Shown here one piece after another: positions 36,456-45,317 of a stretch of DNA of 64,000 nucleotides. This DNA is from a virus: the IMG/VR virus record IMGVR_UViG_3300045988_115146; one strand, written 5' to 3'. The notes below the pieces were generated by a model. That model saw only the letters and a list, made by a program, of their open reading frames with translations. It ran no database searches and had not been told where the DNA came from. Within the stretch, counting starts at the first letter, position 1. Each line of letters begins with the position of its first letter. A program made the translations under genes and the position numbers.

Positions 36456-36811
36456 ATGGGCTGATCTATCGTATAAAGGACCTGAGTAAGTTAATTCAGG
36501 ATATAGATATAAGGTTATCAATACCAGGATTATCACCCGGAAAAAAGCAAGCCTTAATAAAGGATAGAACCTTAAAATTAGGCAAGGTGAAGTCACTAGT
36601 GAAGAGGATAGGAGATCTCACAAATGGTAATATAATAACTATAACCTTTGAAGATAAGAACACTAGTGATAGATTCAGGATAGTATATACCAACATATCT
36701 CAAGAGGACGCCATTGTTCACCTTAAATTAATGGCTAGTTTACAAAAGAGAGAAATAATTATCTCAGAGGTAAAGGAAGTGCAAACCAAAAACTCCTTGA
36801 CTAAACTATAA
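36431..36811 (+). CDS. Hypothetical protein
   Basis: Co-directional 126-aa ORF overlapping the upstream ORF by 25 nt. Confidence 0.45.
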   Translation: MGQFNSSVNGLIYRIKDLSKLIQDIDIRLSIPGLSPGKKQALIKDRTLKLGKVKSLVKRIGDLTNGNIITITFEDKNTSDRFRIVYTNISQEDAIVHLKLMASLQKREIIISEVKEVQTKNSLTKL

Positions 36812-36855
36812 TCATGTAAAGGTAATCAAAACTCATTTTAATCAACTCAACTACA

Positions 36856-37401
36856 ATGGCAAAAGAAGTTAGTAAGAATGACCTGGCTGCTCGTAAAGCA
36901 CGCAAGGCTCAGAAGGAAATGCTGGCCTACATGGAAGAGAACAATCTTGATCCTAAAAAAGATTGGACAGGCCACAAGAAACATGGTAAGAAAATACAGG
37001 CTTGGATTGATATCATTAACCTGGGAAACAAAAAGGCTCGTGAATTGAATGAGGAGAAGGCAATTGAGAGACACGAAAAACGGAAGAGTAAAAAGCCCGA
37101 AGTTCATCCCAAGAAAGAGAAGGTAACTAGCACTCCTAATGCTTATGACTACCCGAAGGTTGATGGCAAGGAAATGACTTCTGATCAGAAAAAGAAGTAT
37201 CGTCAGAAGATGCGTACTCTTCTGAAAACTATGTCTAAGGAAAAGGCAGAAGTGGAAGGAAAGAAGTATGCTGAAAATTTGGCAAAAGAAAAACCAGTTA
37301 TTCCATTTAAGAGGAAAGAGGAGCCTGTAAAGGTGAAAAGGGTAGAAAAGAAGGCTTCAAAGGATAAGAAGAAAAAGAAGGCCAAGAAAGAGGAGGATTA
37401 A
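36856..37401 (+). CDS. Lys-rich highly charged protein
   Basis: MAKEVSKNDLAARKARKAQKE..., ends KKASKDKKKKKAKKEED. GC-richer codon usage like the capsid genes. Confidence 0.55.
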   Translation: MAKEVSKNDLAARKARKAQKEMLAYMEENNLDPKKDWTGHKKHGKKIQAWIDIINLGNKKARELNEEKAIERHEKRKSKKPEVHPKKEKVTSTPNAYDYPKVDGKEMTSDQKKKYRQKMRTLLKTMSKEKAEVEGKKYAENLAKEKPVIPFKRKEEPVKVKRVEKKASKDKKKKKAKKEED

Positions 37402-37430
37402 TAGATTAGGCAATCTGTAAACCTCTAATG

Positions 37431-37464
37431 CCCCGGATCATACTCAGGTTCGGGGTTCTTTGTT
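37431..37464 (+). terminator. Rho-independent terminator
   Basis: CCCCGGATC / GGTTCGGGG 9-bp stem, 7-nt loop, then TTCTTTGTT. Confidence 0.65.
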
Positions 37465-37495
37465 AGATATACCCATATAACACCACTGAATTTAA

Positions 37496-37527
37496 TTTGC
37501 ATATTATAATTAGAAATATTATATTTG
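37496..37527 (+). promoter_or_regulatory. Bacteroidota sigma-A type promoter
   Basis: TTTGCA at 37496, 20-nt spacer, TATATTTGCA at 37520. ATG at 37549. Confidence 0.7.
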
Positions 37528-37548
37528 CATAACGAATAAATTTAAAAG

Positions 37549-38007
37549 ATGAAAATTAATCGAGGCTGTATCAGGTTAAAATTGCAAAGTCATTTATCCG
37601 CTCAGGATATCTGGAATCAAATTATGGATGTGCAGATTCAGGCGCTAGAATCCCTTTTAGAGGATAAAAGCTTAGATAAATGGAAAATTATATTCCCTTG
37701 TTATGGAACTTCTCTAGAATCAGTAGAATCATGGGCAAGGGAATATATAGAATCCTTTAAAATGATGAAAGGAGATACCTTTAATAATAGGTATGATGAT
37801 ATTGAAAACATGTTAGTAAATGGACTAAACCAAAGATGGTTCAATACTATAATGAGTACATTATATATGATGGAAGAGGACTTAATGGAAATGAGTTCTG
37901 ATTCAGTATTCATTCTTTGGGATATTTTATTTACTTGCCAGGCATTGAGGAAGGAAAATAATGTAGTAGCTATGGGACTTAATATTTTCGAGCTTAAAGG
38001 ACGATAA
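37549..38007 (+). CDS. Hypothetical protein
   Basis: First ORF downstream of a promoter. No motif recognised. Confidence 0.5.
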   Translation: MKINRGCIRLKLQSHLSAQDIWNQIMDVQIQALESLLEDKSLDKWKIIFPCYGTSLESVESWAREYIESFKMMKGDTFNNRYDDIENMLVNGLNQRWFNTIMSTLYMMEEDLMEMSSDSVFILWDILFTCQALRKENNVVAMGLNIFELKGR

Positions 38008-38009
38008 CG

Positions 38010-38237
38010 ATGAAAGAAGTATTTAATACCACGGGATCATCCAGAATTGAAAAGGTTATTTTTGACCTCGATAATAGGGATATAACCATAACTTTCAAGG
38101 GAAATAAGGTATACAAATATGTTTCTGTATCGGAGTTTGATTTTAATACTTTCAAGGATGATATTGAAAATGGTTTATCAGTAGGCAAATCATTTGAAAG
38201 AAGGATTAGGAATAAATATGCAGGCCAAAAGCTATGA
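38010..38237 (+). CDS. KTSC domain protein
   Basis: SSRIEKVIFDLDNRDITITFKGNKVYKYVSVSEFDFNTFKDDIENGLSVGKSF fits the KTSC pattern S.i..v.Yd...L.i.F..G..Y.Y..V....f..f.....S.Gk.f. Confidence 0.55.
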   Translation: MKEVFNTTGSSRIEKVIFDLDNRDITITFKGNKVYKYVSVSEFDFNTFKDDIENGLSVGKSFERRIRNKYAGQKL

Positions 38238-38653
38238 AAAGGTATTACACACCAGAAGGAGAACCAGATGAAGCAAAAACTTTATGGGAAGCCGTTAAAA
38301 CTGGTATCATAGGAATATCGGCATTTAGTGTAATCTGCATACTATGGGATGGTCAAACAGTTCCCCCTACTCCTGATTCAGAACCTCATTGGAAAAACTG
38401 GGATAAATCTAGACATGTATCAGAAGTAAAAAGTTATGACTACGAAAATGGTATAATTCATTATAGAGATGAAGTTACAGGATATAGACCCAGGGAGTTC
38501 AATCTTCATGGGTCTCCCGGTAGTTATGGTTCTGGAATAACATTGCAAGTATCAGGAGCTTCAGTACATTTGGATATGGAAGTAGAAGAACTGATGGATC
38601 AACTAACAGAAGATGTAGATTTTTACGAATACTTTGAACGAAATATGGATTGA
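38234..38653 (+). CDS. Hypothetical membrane-anchored protein
   Basis: TM segment TGIIGISAFSVICILW. ATGA coupling. Confidence 0.45.
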   Translation: MKRYYTPEGEPDEAKTLWEAVKTGIIGISAFSVICILWDGQTVPPTPDSEPHWKNWDKSRHVSEVKSYDYENGIIHYRDEVTGYRPREFNLHGSPGSYGSGITLQVSGASVHLDMEVEELMDQLTEDVDFYEYFERNMD

Positions 38654-38654
38654 T

Positions 38655-38990
38655 ATGGCTGGTCTAATTAAATTCAGATTGAACAAGTATGTTAATGGCG
38701 ATAGGCATAAAAGTATTTATGGATTCAAACCCAAAGCCGTTATTAAGTTTGAAAGAGTTACAATCGGTCAAATAATTGATAATGAAGTCTACTTCTACAT
38801 AAGGGTAAAACCAGGAGAATCAAAGCATGCCTGCTTGAATTATATTCCAATACTGTGGAAAACTTTTAGCAGTCATCTGGAAGCTAAAGATGCAGTAGTA
38901 AAACAAGCAGAATCTATTTGGGAATCATTAGACATTTTTCATCCGTTAAAGAAAGTTAAATCAACCTATGGATTATGGGAAAAGAAGTAA
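38655..38990 (+). CDS. Hypothetical protein
   Basis: ATG 38655 right after the upstream TGA (track start 38634 overlaps). Confidence 0.45.
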   Translation: MAGLIKFRLNKYVNGDRHKSIYGFKPKAVIKFERVTIGQIIDNEVYFYIRVKPGESKHACLNYIPILWKTFSSHLEAKDAVVKQAESIWESLDIFHPLKKVKSTYGLWEKK

Positions 38991-39298
38991 AGAAAACTAA
39001 TAGCTGGGTATGGAAGAAAGTATTTGGTATAACTCTATTGGGATGGATGAATATCTTGATATTTCAATGGCTATTCATAAGGATATCCTATCATTGGGTA
39101 TATGTAGACCCTAAGAATGATGATGATGCTAGAACAGATGATTTTTGGGATGCAGAGAAACAGCAGTTTGTTGCAAAAACTTTCTACTACTATGCCATTA
39201 TCGGGTGTATTATACCTCTAACTGGATGGTGGGGAGACTATGTAATGCCGTTCAAATTCAAATGCCGTTTAACTAAAGTAAAAGAGTATTACGAATGA
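38975..39298 (+). CDS. Hypothetical two-pass membrane protein
   Basis: VFGITLLGWMNILIFQWLFI and YYYAIIGCIIPLTGWW hydrophobic segments. Confidence 0.45.
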   Translation: MGKEVKKTNSWVWKKVFGITLLGWMNILIFQWLFIRISYHWVYVDPKNDDDARTDDFWDAEKQQFVAKTFYYYAIIGCIIPLTGWWGDYVMPFKFKCRLTKVKEYYE

Positions 39299-39483
39299 GT
39301 ACAGTAGAATTCAAATCAGCATGTGCAGCACATAGAAAGTGTTGTCCATATAAGGCAACAGGTATGACAAAGTGTGGTGCCAATGAAAACATTACTCCTG
39401 ACGGTAAATGTACTAATAAGGAATGCCACTACATGAATCAGTTCAAAGCTATACTAAGAAAACTATCAGCTAGTAAGCCATGA
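39295..39483 (+). CDS. Small Cys-rich protein
   Basis: 6 Cys in 62 aa (CAAHRKCCPY..CGAN..CTNKEC). Confidence 0.45.
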   Translation: MSTVEFKSACAAHRKCCPYKATGMTKCGANENITPDGKCTNKECHYMNQFKAILRKLSASKP

Positions 39484-39511
39484 ACAGACCTTTAAATAAT
39501 TAGCAAAATAA

Positions 39512-39543
39512 TTTGCAGGGGTTCATATTTATATCTATATTTG
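39512..39543 (+). promoter_or_regulatory. Bacteroidota sigma-A type promoter (upstream member of a tandem pair)
   Basis: TTTGCA 39512, 20-nt spacer, TATATTTGCA 39536. No ORF before the next promoter. Confidence 0.6.
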
Positions 39544-39624
39544 CATAAACAATAAAAGGGAAAGCAATAAAAGGTTAACACACTAGAGACCAAGAACACA
39601 ACCACTAAGAAATTGATAAAAATA

Positions 39625-39656
39625 TTTGCACATATAAAAAAGTTACTTTATATTTG
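39625..39656 (+). promoter_or_regulatory. Bacteroidota sigma-A type promoter
   Basis: TTTGCA 39625, 20-nt spacer, TATATTTGCA 39649. ATG at 39720. Confidence 0.7.
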
Positions 39657-39719
39657 CATTAGGAAATAAAAATAAAAATAACTTTTAATTAATTGTATAA
39701 CCATTTAAAATTGTAAGCC

Positions 39720-40175
39720 ATGAAAAAGGAAAAAAACACCAAGGCTCAGGAAGTTAAAAAGACCAATCTGGTAGAGGGTATCAATAACCTCATCGAAGAA
39801 AAAGCTGAGAAGGTCGAAAAATCAAAGAAAGCTCTGAAGGTAGTTGGCAAAGAAAAGGAAGCTACAGAAAAGGCCTCAGAGAAGAAGGTCAAGAAAACCA
39901 AAAAAGAAAAACTGGTTGATAAAACCAAGAAAAAGGTGGAAGCCAACCTCGTAGAGGAGGTAGTAACAAAAAGGGAAGTAAAGTATATTTATCCCGCAGA
40001 CTGCGAGGACACTCTTTCAAGAAAGAAGTTCCGGCAGCAGGTAAGAAATAAAATCCACCAGCTGGAATTGGCAATGCTCAGAATCGAGAACCAAGATTCT
40101 AAAGAGTTCAAGAAAGCCAAGAAGGAGTATCTTGAATATAAGAATCAATTCGTAAAAGAATCAGTTGCAATCTAA
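39720..40175 (+). CDS. Lys/Glu-rich highly charged protein
   Basis: MKKEKNTKAQEVKKT...KKVKKTKKEKLVDKTKKKVE. GC-richer codons. Confidence 0.55.
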   Translation: MKKEKNTKAQEVKKTNLVEGINNLIEEKAEKVEKSKKALKVVGKEKEATEKASEKKVKKTKKEKLVDKTKKKVEANLVEEVVTKREVKYIYPADCEDTLSRKKFRQQVRNKIHQLELAMLRIENQDSKEFKKAKKEYLEYKNQFVKESVAI

Positions 40176-40192
40176 TCTTTCATAGTAGGAGA

Positions 40193-40227
40193 GGGGTACA
40201 GGGCTAATTATTAAGTCCTGGCCCCTT
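40193..40227 (+). terminator. Possible terminator hairpin (imperfect)
   Basis: GGGGTACAGGGC.../...GTCCTGGCCCC stem with one bulge. Weak T tract. Confidence 0.35.
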
Positions 40228-40259
40228 AGTATAATGATCATTTAATGTTATGAAAGATT

Positions 40260-40565
40260 ATGATTGTTGGCTTACCAGAGAAAGCAATTCAGAAAGTAGA
40301 TCATGAATTGTTAGAATTACATAAAGAAGTTCTAAGAGCATATCTTACACAGAGAAATCTGAAACATAGGCATCAGAAGAAGTTTTTTAGGCTATACGAT
40401 TACTACATTACTGAGAAGAATATAAGGAGATTCTTCTTCCGTTCTGCTAAGTTATTCGTATATGCCTTGGTAACTAATCGGCTGGATGATATAGAAGACT
40501 ATGTACCAATAAAAGAAAAAAAAATTAATGTTTCCAGAGAAAGTAAAAAGCGTAACGCTAGATAA
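40260..40565 (+). CDS. Hypothetical basic protein
   Basis: Co-directional 101-aa ORF. Confidence 0.45.
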   Translation: MIVGLPEKAIQKVDHELLELHKEVLRAYLTQRNLKHRHQKKFFRLYDYYITEKNIRRFFFRSAKLFVYALVTNRLDDIEDYVPIKEKKINVSRESKKRNAR

Positions 40566-40944
40566 ATCAAGGATAACTTACTACCTTCAAACTACCAATA
40601 TTGATAATATTTATAATGAATTACCAGTAAACCCAGAGATATATAAGGTAGAAGATTTGGCATTTGACTGCAGTATAAGGTCTAGTCAGTATCTTCCAGA
40701 TTATGCTATCAAGGGATATTTTAAGGTAGACGAAAATTTAAGGTATCCAGTATTTATAGAGAACACAAATGGGCCTCATTTATTATATATTACTGGGATG
40801 CCAAAGAATATATCGGTAGAAGAGAAGAATAAGTTCAGGTTTCAAAATCATATGTGGTTATCATACTGGGAAGATAACCTGGTAGGATATCTTTTTCAGG
40901 TAGTATCTAGAGAACAAGCATTAATACACTTAATAAATCAATAA
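40528..40944 (+). CDS. Hypothetical protein
   Basis: Co-directional 138-aa ORF overlapping the upstream ORF. Confidence 0.45.
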   Translation: MFPEKVKSVTLDKSRITYYLQTTNIDNIYNELPVNPEIYKVEDLAFDCSIRSSQYLPDYAIKGYFKVDENLRYPVFIENTNGPHLLYITGMPKNISVEEKNKFRFQNHMWLSYWEDNLVGYLFQVVSREQALIHLINQ

Positions 40945-40964
40945 TTTGTAAATAATAAAACACT

Positions 40965-41429
40965 ATGAAGACCAATGAGTATGTAAAACAGTTTAAGTTG
41001 GATAGAGAAAATTACAACTTCAACCGGGAAAAATTCATGGAGGCCTTTGGCCAGGAGTTTAAGGACCGTATTGAGGCAATGATAACTGCCTGCCAAAAAA
41101 TGAAGGTTCAGTTCACATACGAAAAATTCCTTCATGCAGTAAAAGAACAGAAGGATAAATTCCGGAGTATTTCTAATAGGAAAGCTGGTGAGCCATTCTC
41201 TGAAAAGTTATTCTCTGCATTCTTTGCCTTACATGTAATTCCTATTAGAGCAAACCTTTTCCCCAATCTACATGCAGAATTGGAAGAGAAAAGGAAAAAG
41301 GCCATTGAAAGGTATGAAAAGATTAAGGCAGAATTAGAGGCCAAGGAGAAAGAGGAAAAGACAAAACAAAAGCGAATGGAACCCATTTTGGAAGCAATAA
41401 TAGCTTATGGAGCTGCACATGAAAGATAA
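40965..41429 (+). CDS. Lys/Glu-rich helical protein
   Basis: ELEEKRKKAIERYEKIKAELEAKEKEEKTKQKR coiled-coil-like tail. GC-richer codons. Confidence 0.5.
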   Translation: MKTNEYVKQFKLDRENYNFNREKFMEAFGQEFKDRIEAMITACQKMKVQFTYEKFLHAVKEQKDKFRSISNRKAGEPFSEKLFSAFFALHVIPIRANLFPNLHAELEEKRKKAIERYEKIKAELEAKEKEEKTKQKRMEPILEAIIAYGAAHER

Positions 41430-41514
41430 GCCTAATATGAAGAGATAATTCCTAATAATACAAGACTCTAAAGTTACTAAGATTTTATGAAGACCATTTT
41501 TAGAAATTGCCAAA

Positions 41515-41748
41515 TTGGCCCAGGATAAAATTGTAAACTTCTATCAAGGAGCTGGTGAAAGTGAAGTAAATATAAGCTTTTGCTATAGTATTAGTTCAGT
41601 GGATATAGAGATAGTATATCCCATACATGTACAAAAGCTATTTTCAGAACTTTTTGCTATGAGTAACCAGCTTAAAGCTGAATGTCATATTGGGGAATAT
41701 AAAATAACCCTAAGCTCTTCAAAATTGAAGGTAAGCCTAATTCAGTGA
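41515..41748 (+). CDS. Hypothetical protein (TTG start)
   Basis: Only a TTG start is available. Followed by a strong terminator. Confidence 0.3.
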   Translation: MAQDKIVNFYQGAGESEVNISFCYSISSVDIEIVYPIHVQKLFSELFAMSNQLKAECHIGEYKITLSSSKLKVSLIQ

Positions 41749-41781
41749 TCCAGCAACCTGATTATTAAATAGTTAACTCTA

Positions 41782-41815
41782 AAAGGCCCTTTATTTGGTA
41801 AGGGCCTTTTATTTG
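41782..41815 (+). terminator. Rho-independent terminator
   Basis: AAAGGCCCT / AGGGCCTTT 9-bp stem, then TATTTGG. Confidence 0.65.
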
Positions 41816-41856
41816 GTTATTAATAGATCAACTATTAGATACCAAAATACAACACT

Positions 41857-42711
41857 ATGAAAGAACAAAAAATAGCTCAAAGGTTCCCAAGAGGAATTGG
41901 TATAACTCAATTGGCTATACAAGCTAACAATGGCGATGATGAAGCTATGAAGAATTTGACCAAGTTCATAATCCATATATGGATAGTGAATAATGGAAAA
42001 CTTTGGTCAAGATATTATTCAGTAAATGAACTAGCAGATTTTCTTAGATGTGAACCCGCAATAGTTCAGATGCAAATGAAACAAACGTTTCTAGACAACG
42101 GTTTATTTGACCGTAACAAGATGGAAGAAATCGCTGATTCATTGATGGGGGCTTGTATAGGCTGGGCACTTGAGGATCGTATGGAAATAAGCCAACAGCT
42201 TCAAATACTCCGGGATTGTCAGGGAGGAAAGTATGCTCCTTTCATAACCTCTGAAGTAAATAAAGCTATCGGGTTAAAACAACAATCTACAACTTCTCTT
42301 CAGAGTCTGGTAAGAGCCATATCCGGAGGTGGTACTGTGAATATTTTCAATCAACAGAACAATCAATTCAACAATGGAGTATCTGAAGAACAGACTTTAA
42401 CTCGGGATGAAGCTATGACTCTGATCCAAAAAGAGATTGCCAATAAGGGAGGTATAAAAGAGTTAGAGTATGTAGAAAATCAGTATGACTTCAAAGAATT
42501 GCCCGTTGTAGTTGCAACTAAACAAGAAGGTAATAGGGGAGATAAAGAAGGATTAACTCTCAGAAAGGCCGAATTAGATAGCGTAACAGCAGACTATCAT
42601 GGTGCCTTAAAAGCCTTTGATGAAGATCATCACCAAATCCGACGAGAAATCGAAGAGGGGATAGACTATGAAGAAATCGACCCAGAACTCGAGGATAACC
42701 CCGAAATTTAA
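41857..42711 (+). CDS. Hypothetical protein
   Basis: 284-aa ORF. No motif recognised. Confidence 0.5.
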   Translation: MKEQKIAQRFPRGIGITQLAIQANNGDDEAMKNLTKFIIHIWIVNNGKLWSRYYSVNELADFLRCEPAIVQMQMKQTFLDNGLFDRNKMEEIADSLMGACIGWALEDRMEISQQLQILRDCQGGKYAPFITSEVNKAIGLKQQSTTSLQSLVRAISGGGTVNIFNQQNNQFNNGVSEEQTLTRDEAMTLIQKEIANKGGIKELEYVENQYDFKELPVVVATKQEGNRGDKEGLTLRKAELDSVTADYHGALKAFDEDHHQIRREIEEGIDYEEIDPELEDNPEI

Positions 42712-42743
42712 TTTGCAAATATTGATTTAATTCGTTATATTTG
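42712..42743 (+). promoter_or_regulatory. Bacteroidota sigma-A type promoter
   Basis: TTTGCA 42712, 20-nt spacer, TATATTTGCA 42736. Begins right at the stop of the upstream gene. Confidence 0.7.
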
Positions 42744-42769
42744 CATATCGAATAAAAAATAATAAAACT

Positions 42770-42910
42770 ATGGATTTAATAATTCAGGCAAGAGGGGCTA
42801 AGATTACTATCGAGGTTGATGGTAAATTAAGGGCAGTATCAGCAGATGATAAGGAAGTGAAATTCTACATTTCGGGTGAAGAAGATATCCGAGAAGCCTC
42901 TAAAAATTAA
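42770..42910 (+). CDS. Small protein (46 aa), below ORF-track cutoff
   Basis: MDLIIQARGAKITIEVDGKLRAVSADDKEVKFYISGEEDIREASKN, ATG 27 nt downstream of the -7 box. Confidence 0.45.
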   Translation: MDLIIQARGAKITIEVDGKLRAVSADDKEVKFYISGEEDIREASKN

Positions 42911-43030
42911 CATCTTTCAATATCTGGCACAATCCCTACCCTCATTATTTGGGTATTCCCTTTGAAGTAGGAGATTTAGAACCGAGATATAAAGCCGAAA
43001 TTCAATTCAATCTATAATTAAACACCCACT

Positions 43031-43552
43031 ATGAAAGAAATTCTAAATGCAACCAAAGTAGTTGACAAGGTTAATCAACTAATCTCTGAGGGTAAGAAAA
43101 TCAAGGTATTCGGTTTACCCTATCCCCCCTATCAGGAGGATATTGTATTCACAGATACTAAGGTGAATCGACAGGGATGGTTATGCACTAACAGCAAAGT
43201 AACTCTGTCAGTAGCTGCATGTGCAACCAAGATAAAGATACATACCATTACAGGTTGGTCTAATCTTTTCAAGTACATGGAAAATGGTAGATATGTAGAT
43301 ACCATTAGTGAGGATGGTAAATACATCGGAATGTTCATCACAGAAGATATATGTCCTGGCATGCTTCTGGGTGCATTCGATACTGATAAGCTCATAAACT
43401 TGGGTATGATATTGGATGTAACCGATAATGAAGAGGGAACTCTTCGTACAGTGACTTCCATAAATAGGGACTTCAGTGAAGGGCTTTATCATTTTCCCTC
43501 TCATACTCCCGAGGAAAATGGAAAATACTTTGTATTTGATCGGATAATGTAA
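43031..43552 (+). CDS. Hypothetical protein
   Basis: 173-aa ORF. Plus strand chosen over two antisense ORFs because of flanking plus-strand promoter and terminator signals. Confidence 0.5.
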   Translation: MKEILNATKVVDKVNQLISEGKKIKVFGLPYPPYQEDIVFTDTKVNRQGWLCTNSKVTLSVAACATKIKIHTITGWSNLFKYMENGRYVDTISEDGKYIGMFITEDICPGMLLGAFDTDKLINLGMILDVTDNEEGTLRTVTSINRDFSEGLYHFPSHTPEENGKYFVFDRIM

Positions 43553-43570
43553 TATTAACCCTTTATAACT

Positions 43571-43924
43571 ATGCACACTAATAATAAGATCAATCTTTTA
43601 ATCCGGGCTAGTAGACTTTACTGTCGACCCAAATATCTTGAATTCAATTCAGGGTATTATCCCCAGATCGAATACATTATCAGAGGTTTTATCAATAAGA
43701 TATTCGGTACAAAACCCCTGGAAAGAATGGTGAAAATATCGATATTACCTCTATTTCGGACTGTATTCACCGGTAATAACTACTACACTAAATATGTGGG
43801 GATAACAATAAATGTAGTATTCCCCGATACTTCGGAATTGAATTTTGAATTATGGGCTGAACCCCCTATCATTAATGCTTGGACTCATTCATATAAGCCT
43901 AAACCTGTACCAACTAAGGCTTAA
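43571..43924 (+). CDS. Hypothetical protein
   Basis: 117-aa ORF followed by a terminator. Confidence 0.5.
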   Translation: MHTNNKINLLIRASRLYCRPKYLEFNSGYYPQIEYIIRGFINKIFGTKPLERMVKISILPLFRTVFTGNNYYTKYVGITINVVFPDTSELNFELWAEPPIINAWTHSYKPKPVPTKA

Positions 43925-43940
43925 TTTAATAAAGACCATT

Positions 43941-43970
43941 AGACCTCTTATCTAGAGGTCTTATTTTTGT
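43941..43970 (+). terminator. Rho-independent terminator
   Basis: AGACCTCT / AGAGGTCT stem, then TATTTTTGTTT. Confidence 0.7.
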
Positions 43971-44046
43971 TTCTTAAGTAACTAGAACCCTTTATAATAT
44001 AAAAGTTCTAGAAATCCCTACCACATGCCAATACCGAGAACTTTTA

Positions 44047-44078
44047 TTTGCATATTAAGTATAATTTTATTATATTTG
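44047..44078 (+). promoter_or_regulatory. Bacteroidota sigma-A type promoter
   Basis: TTTGCA 44047, 20-nt spacer, TATATTTGCA 44071. ATG 44121. Confidence 0.7.
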
Positions 44079-44120
44079 CATAAAGAGAAATAAAGATATA
44101 AACCCTAAAATTTAAAGGCT

Positions 44121-44324
44121 ATGGAAAAGAGAAAAATCAAGGATTTGAAAAGAGGAGATTACTTTACTCTTACCCCTGTTAAAGAGCCTAACATCTCTCA
44201 AGTATGGGTCAGAGGAGAATACATTCCTCAGGCTAAATGCTACAGTACATACAAATGGGAGAACATCAATCATGAAGTAATCCGAAGAGGAGACAAAGAA
44301 GTTTACACGGATTTCACATTCTAA
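44121..44324 (+). CDS. Hypothetical protein
   Basis: 67-aa ORF after a promoter. Confidence 0.5.
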   Translation: MEKRKIKDLKRGDYFTLTPVKEPNISQVWVRGEYIPQAKCYSTYKWENINHEVIRRGDKEVYTDFTF

Positions 44325-44336
44325 TCAATTACCACT

Positions 44337-44594
44337 ATGAAAACTAAGAGTTATCCAATCGATTCAACCTTTACGGTAAAAGATCTGATGCAAGTATTGG
44401 AGGATATGGACCCTCTGGCACCAGTAATGGTAGCAGTTCAGCCTATGTGGCCACTCGAACATGGTATTACTGGAGTAGTATGCGACTGCAACGGCACAGT
44501 TTATCTTGCAGCTTCAGAAAAATGCGAATATTTATCAGAAGAGGCTAAAGAAGCATTCGAAGTAGCTGGTATACCATTCCAGGCCGACCGTTAA
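44337..44594 (+). CDS. Hypothetical protein
   Basis: 85-aa co-directional ORF. Confidence 0.5.
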   Translation: MKTKSYPIDSTFTVKDLMQVLEDMDPLAPVMVAVQPMWPLEHGITGVVCDCNGTVYLAASEKCEYLSEEAKEAFEVAGIPFQADR

Positions 44595-44600
44595 TTTTAA

Positions 44601-44632
44601 TTTGCAGATATAAATTAAATTGCTTATATTTG
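44601..44632 (+). promoter_or_regulatory. Bacteroidota sigma-A type promoter
   Basis: TTTGCA 44601, 20-nt spacer, TATATTTGTA 44625. ATG 44660. Confidence 0.65.
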
Positions 44633-44659
44633 TAATGAAGAAATAAAATCGCATTAATT

Positions 44660-45016
44660 ATGAAAGATTACAAGAAGGTATTACTCAAAGGGTTGGAAGA
44701 ATCCAAGGGTATACATGAAGAGGATCAGGAATATATCAAAGAAGCTATCAATGATATTTATTCTGAGATGATTGAAGAGCTTGACAACAGACTCGGGCTT
44801 CAGTTATATGATTACAGGGTGGATGTTAAATATGATTCTGAGGGAATCCCCGAATCATTTAAGCATACATTCTGGTTAAACTTCTGGGATGATACTCTAA
44901 AAAACCTGCGCTTCATCACAGCAATGCAGCAATTGATACATGTTCTATCAACTGGAGATGATGAAATAAAGGTTACTCTTTTGAACATCGGGATTAAAAT
45001 AGAATTGGTAGCATGA
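44660..45016 (+). CDS. Hypothetical protein
   Basis: 118-aa ORF after a promoter. Confidence 0.5.
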   Translation: MKDYKKVLLKGLEESKGIHEEDQEYIKEAINDIYSEMIEELDNRLGLQLYDYRVDVKYDSEGIPESFKHTFWLNFWDDTLKNLRFITAMQQLIHVLSTGDDEIKVTLLNIGIKIELVA

Positions 45017-45201
45017 GTTCTTTCAATAGGATACAAAGACAGTATAACTGGATATGCAAGAATATCAAAGGACCGTTATACAGAATAAAGATGGGGAAAT
45101 TGTATATAAAGACTAAAAAGGCAATACTTGACCCTCATTTGACTCCAGAACAAAAACTAATACTAATCGGTATCAGAGATACCATAAAATCAAAACTATG
45201 A
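45013..45201 (+). CDS. Hypothetical basic protein
   Basis: ATGA-coupled on both sides. Confidence 0.45.
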   Translation: MSSFNRIQRQYNWICKNIKGPLYRIKMGKLYIKTKKAILDPHLTPEQKLILIGIRDTIKSKL

Positions 45202-45317
45202 AAAAGCTAATCATTGTAATGGCAATCCTCTTAACTTCATGCGTAGAAAAGAGAGTAGAATCAACCGATTGGGTTGATATCGGAGGAAAACCCGATGTTC
45301 TCATTCATAAAATGTGA
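45198..45317 (+). CDS. Small lipoprotein (39 aa); frame continues open past an in-frame TGA to 45419
   Basis: MKKLIIVMAILLTSC signal peptide with lipobox Cys. TGA at 45315, then 33 more sense codons and TAA 45417. Confidence 0.45.
   Translation: MKKLIIVMAILLTSCVEKRVESTDWVDIGGKPDVLIHKM

Noticed and set aside
43132-43576. Two minus-strand ORFs (109 and 122 aa) opposite ORF 43031-43552
   Set aside because: The flanking promoter (42712) and terminator (43941) are plus-oriented, all neighbours are plus-strand, and the antisense translations look low-complexity.
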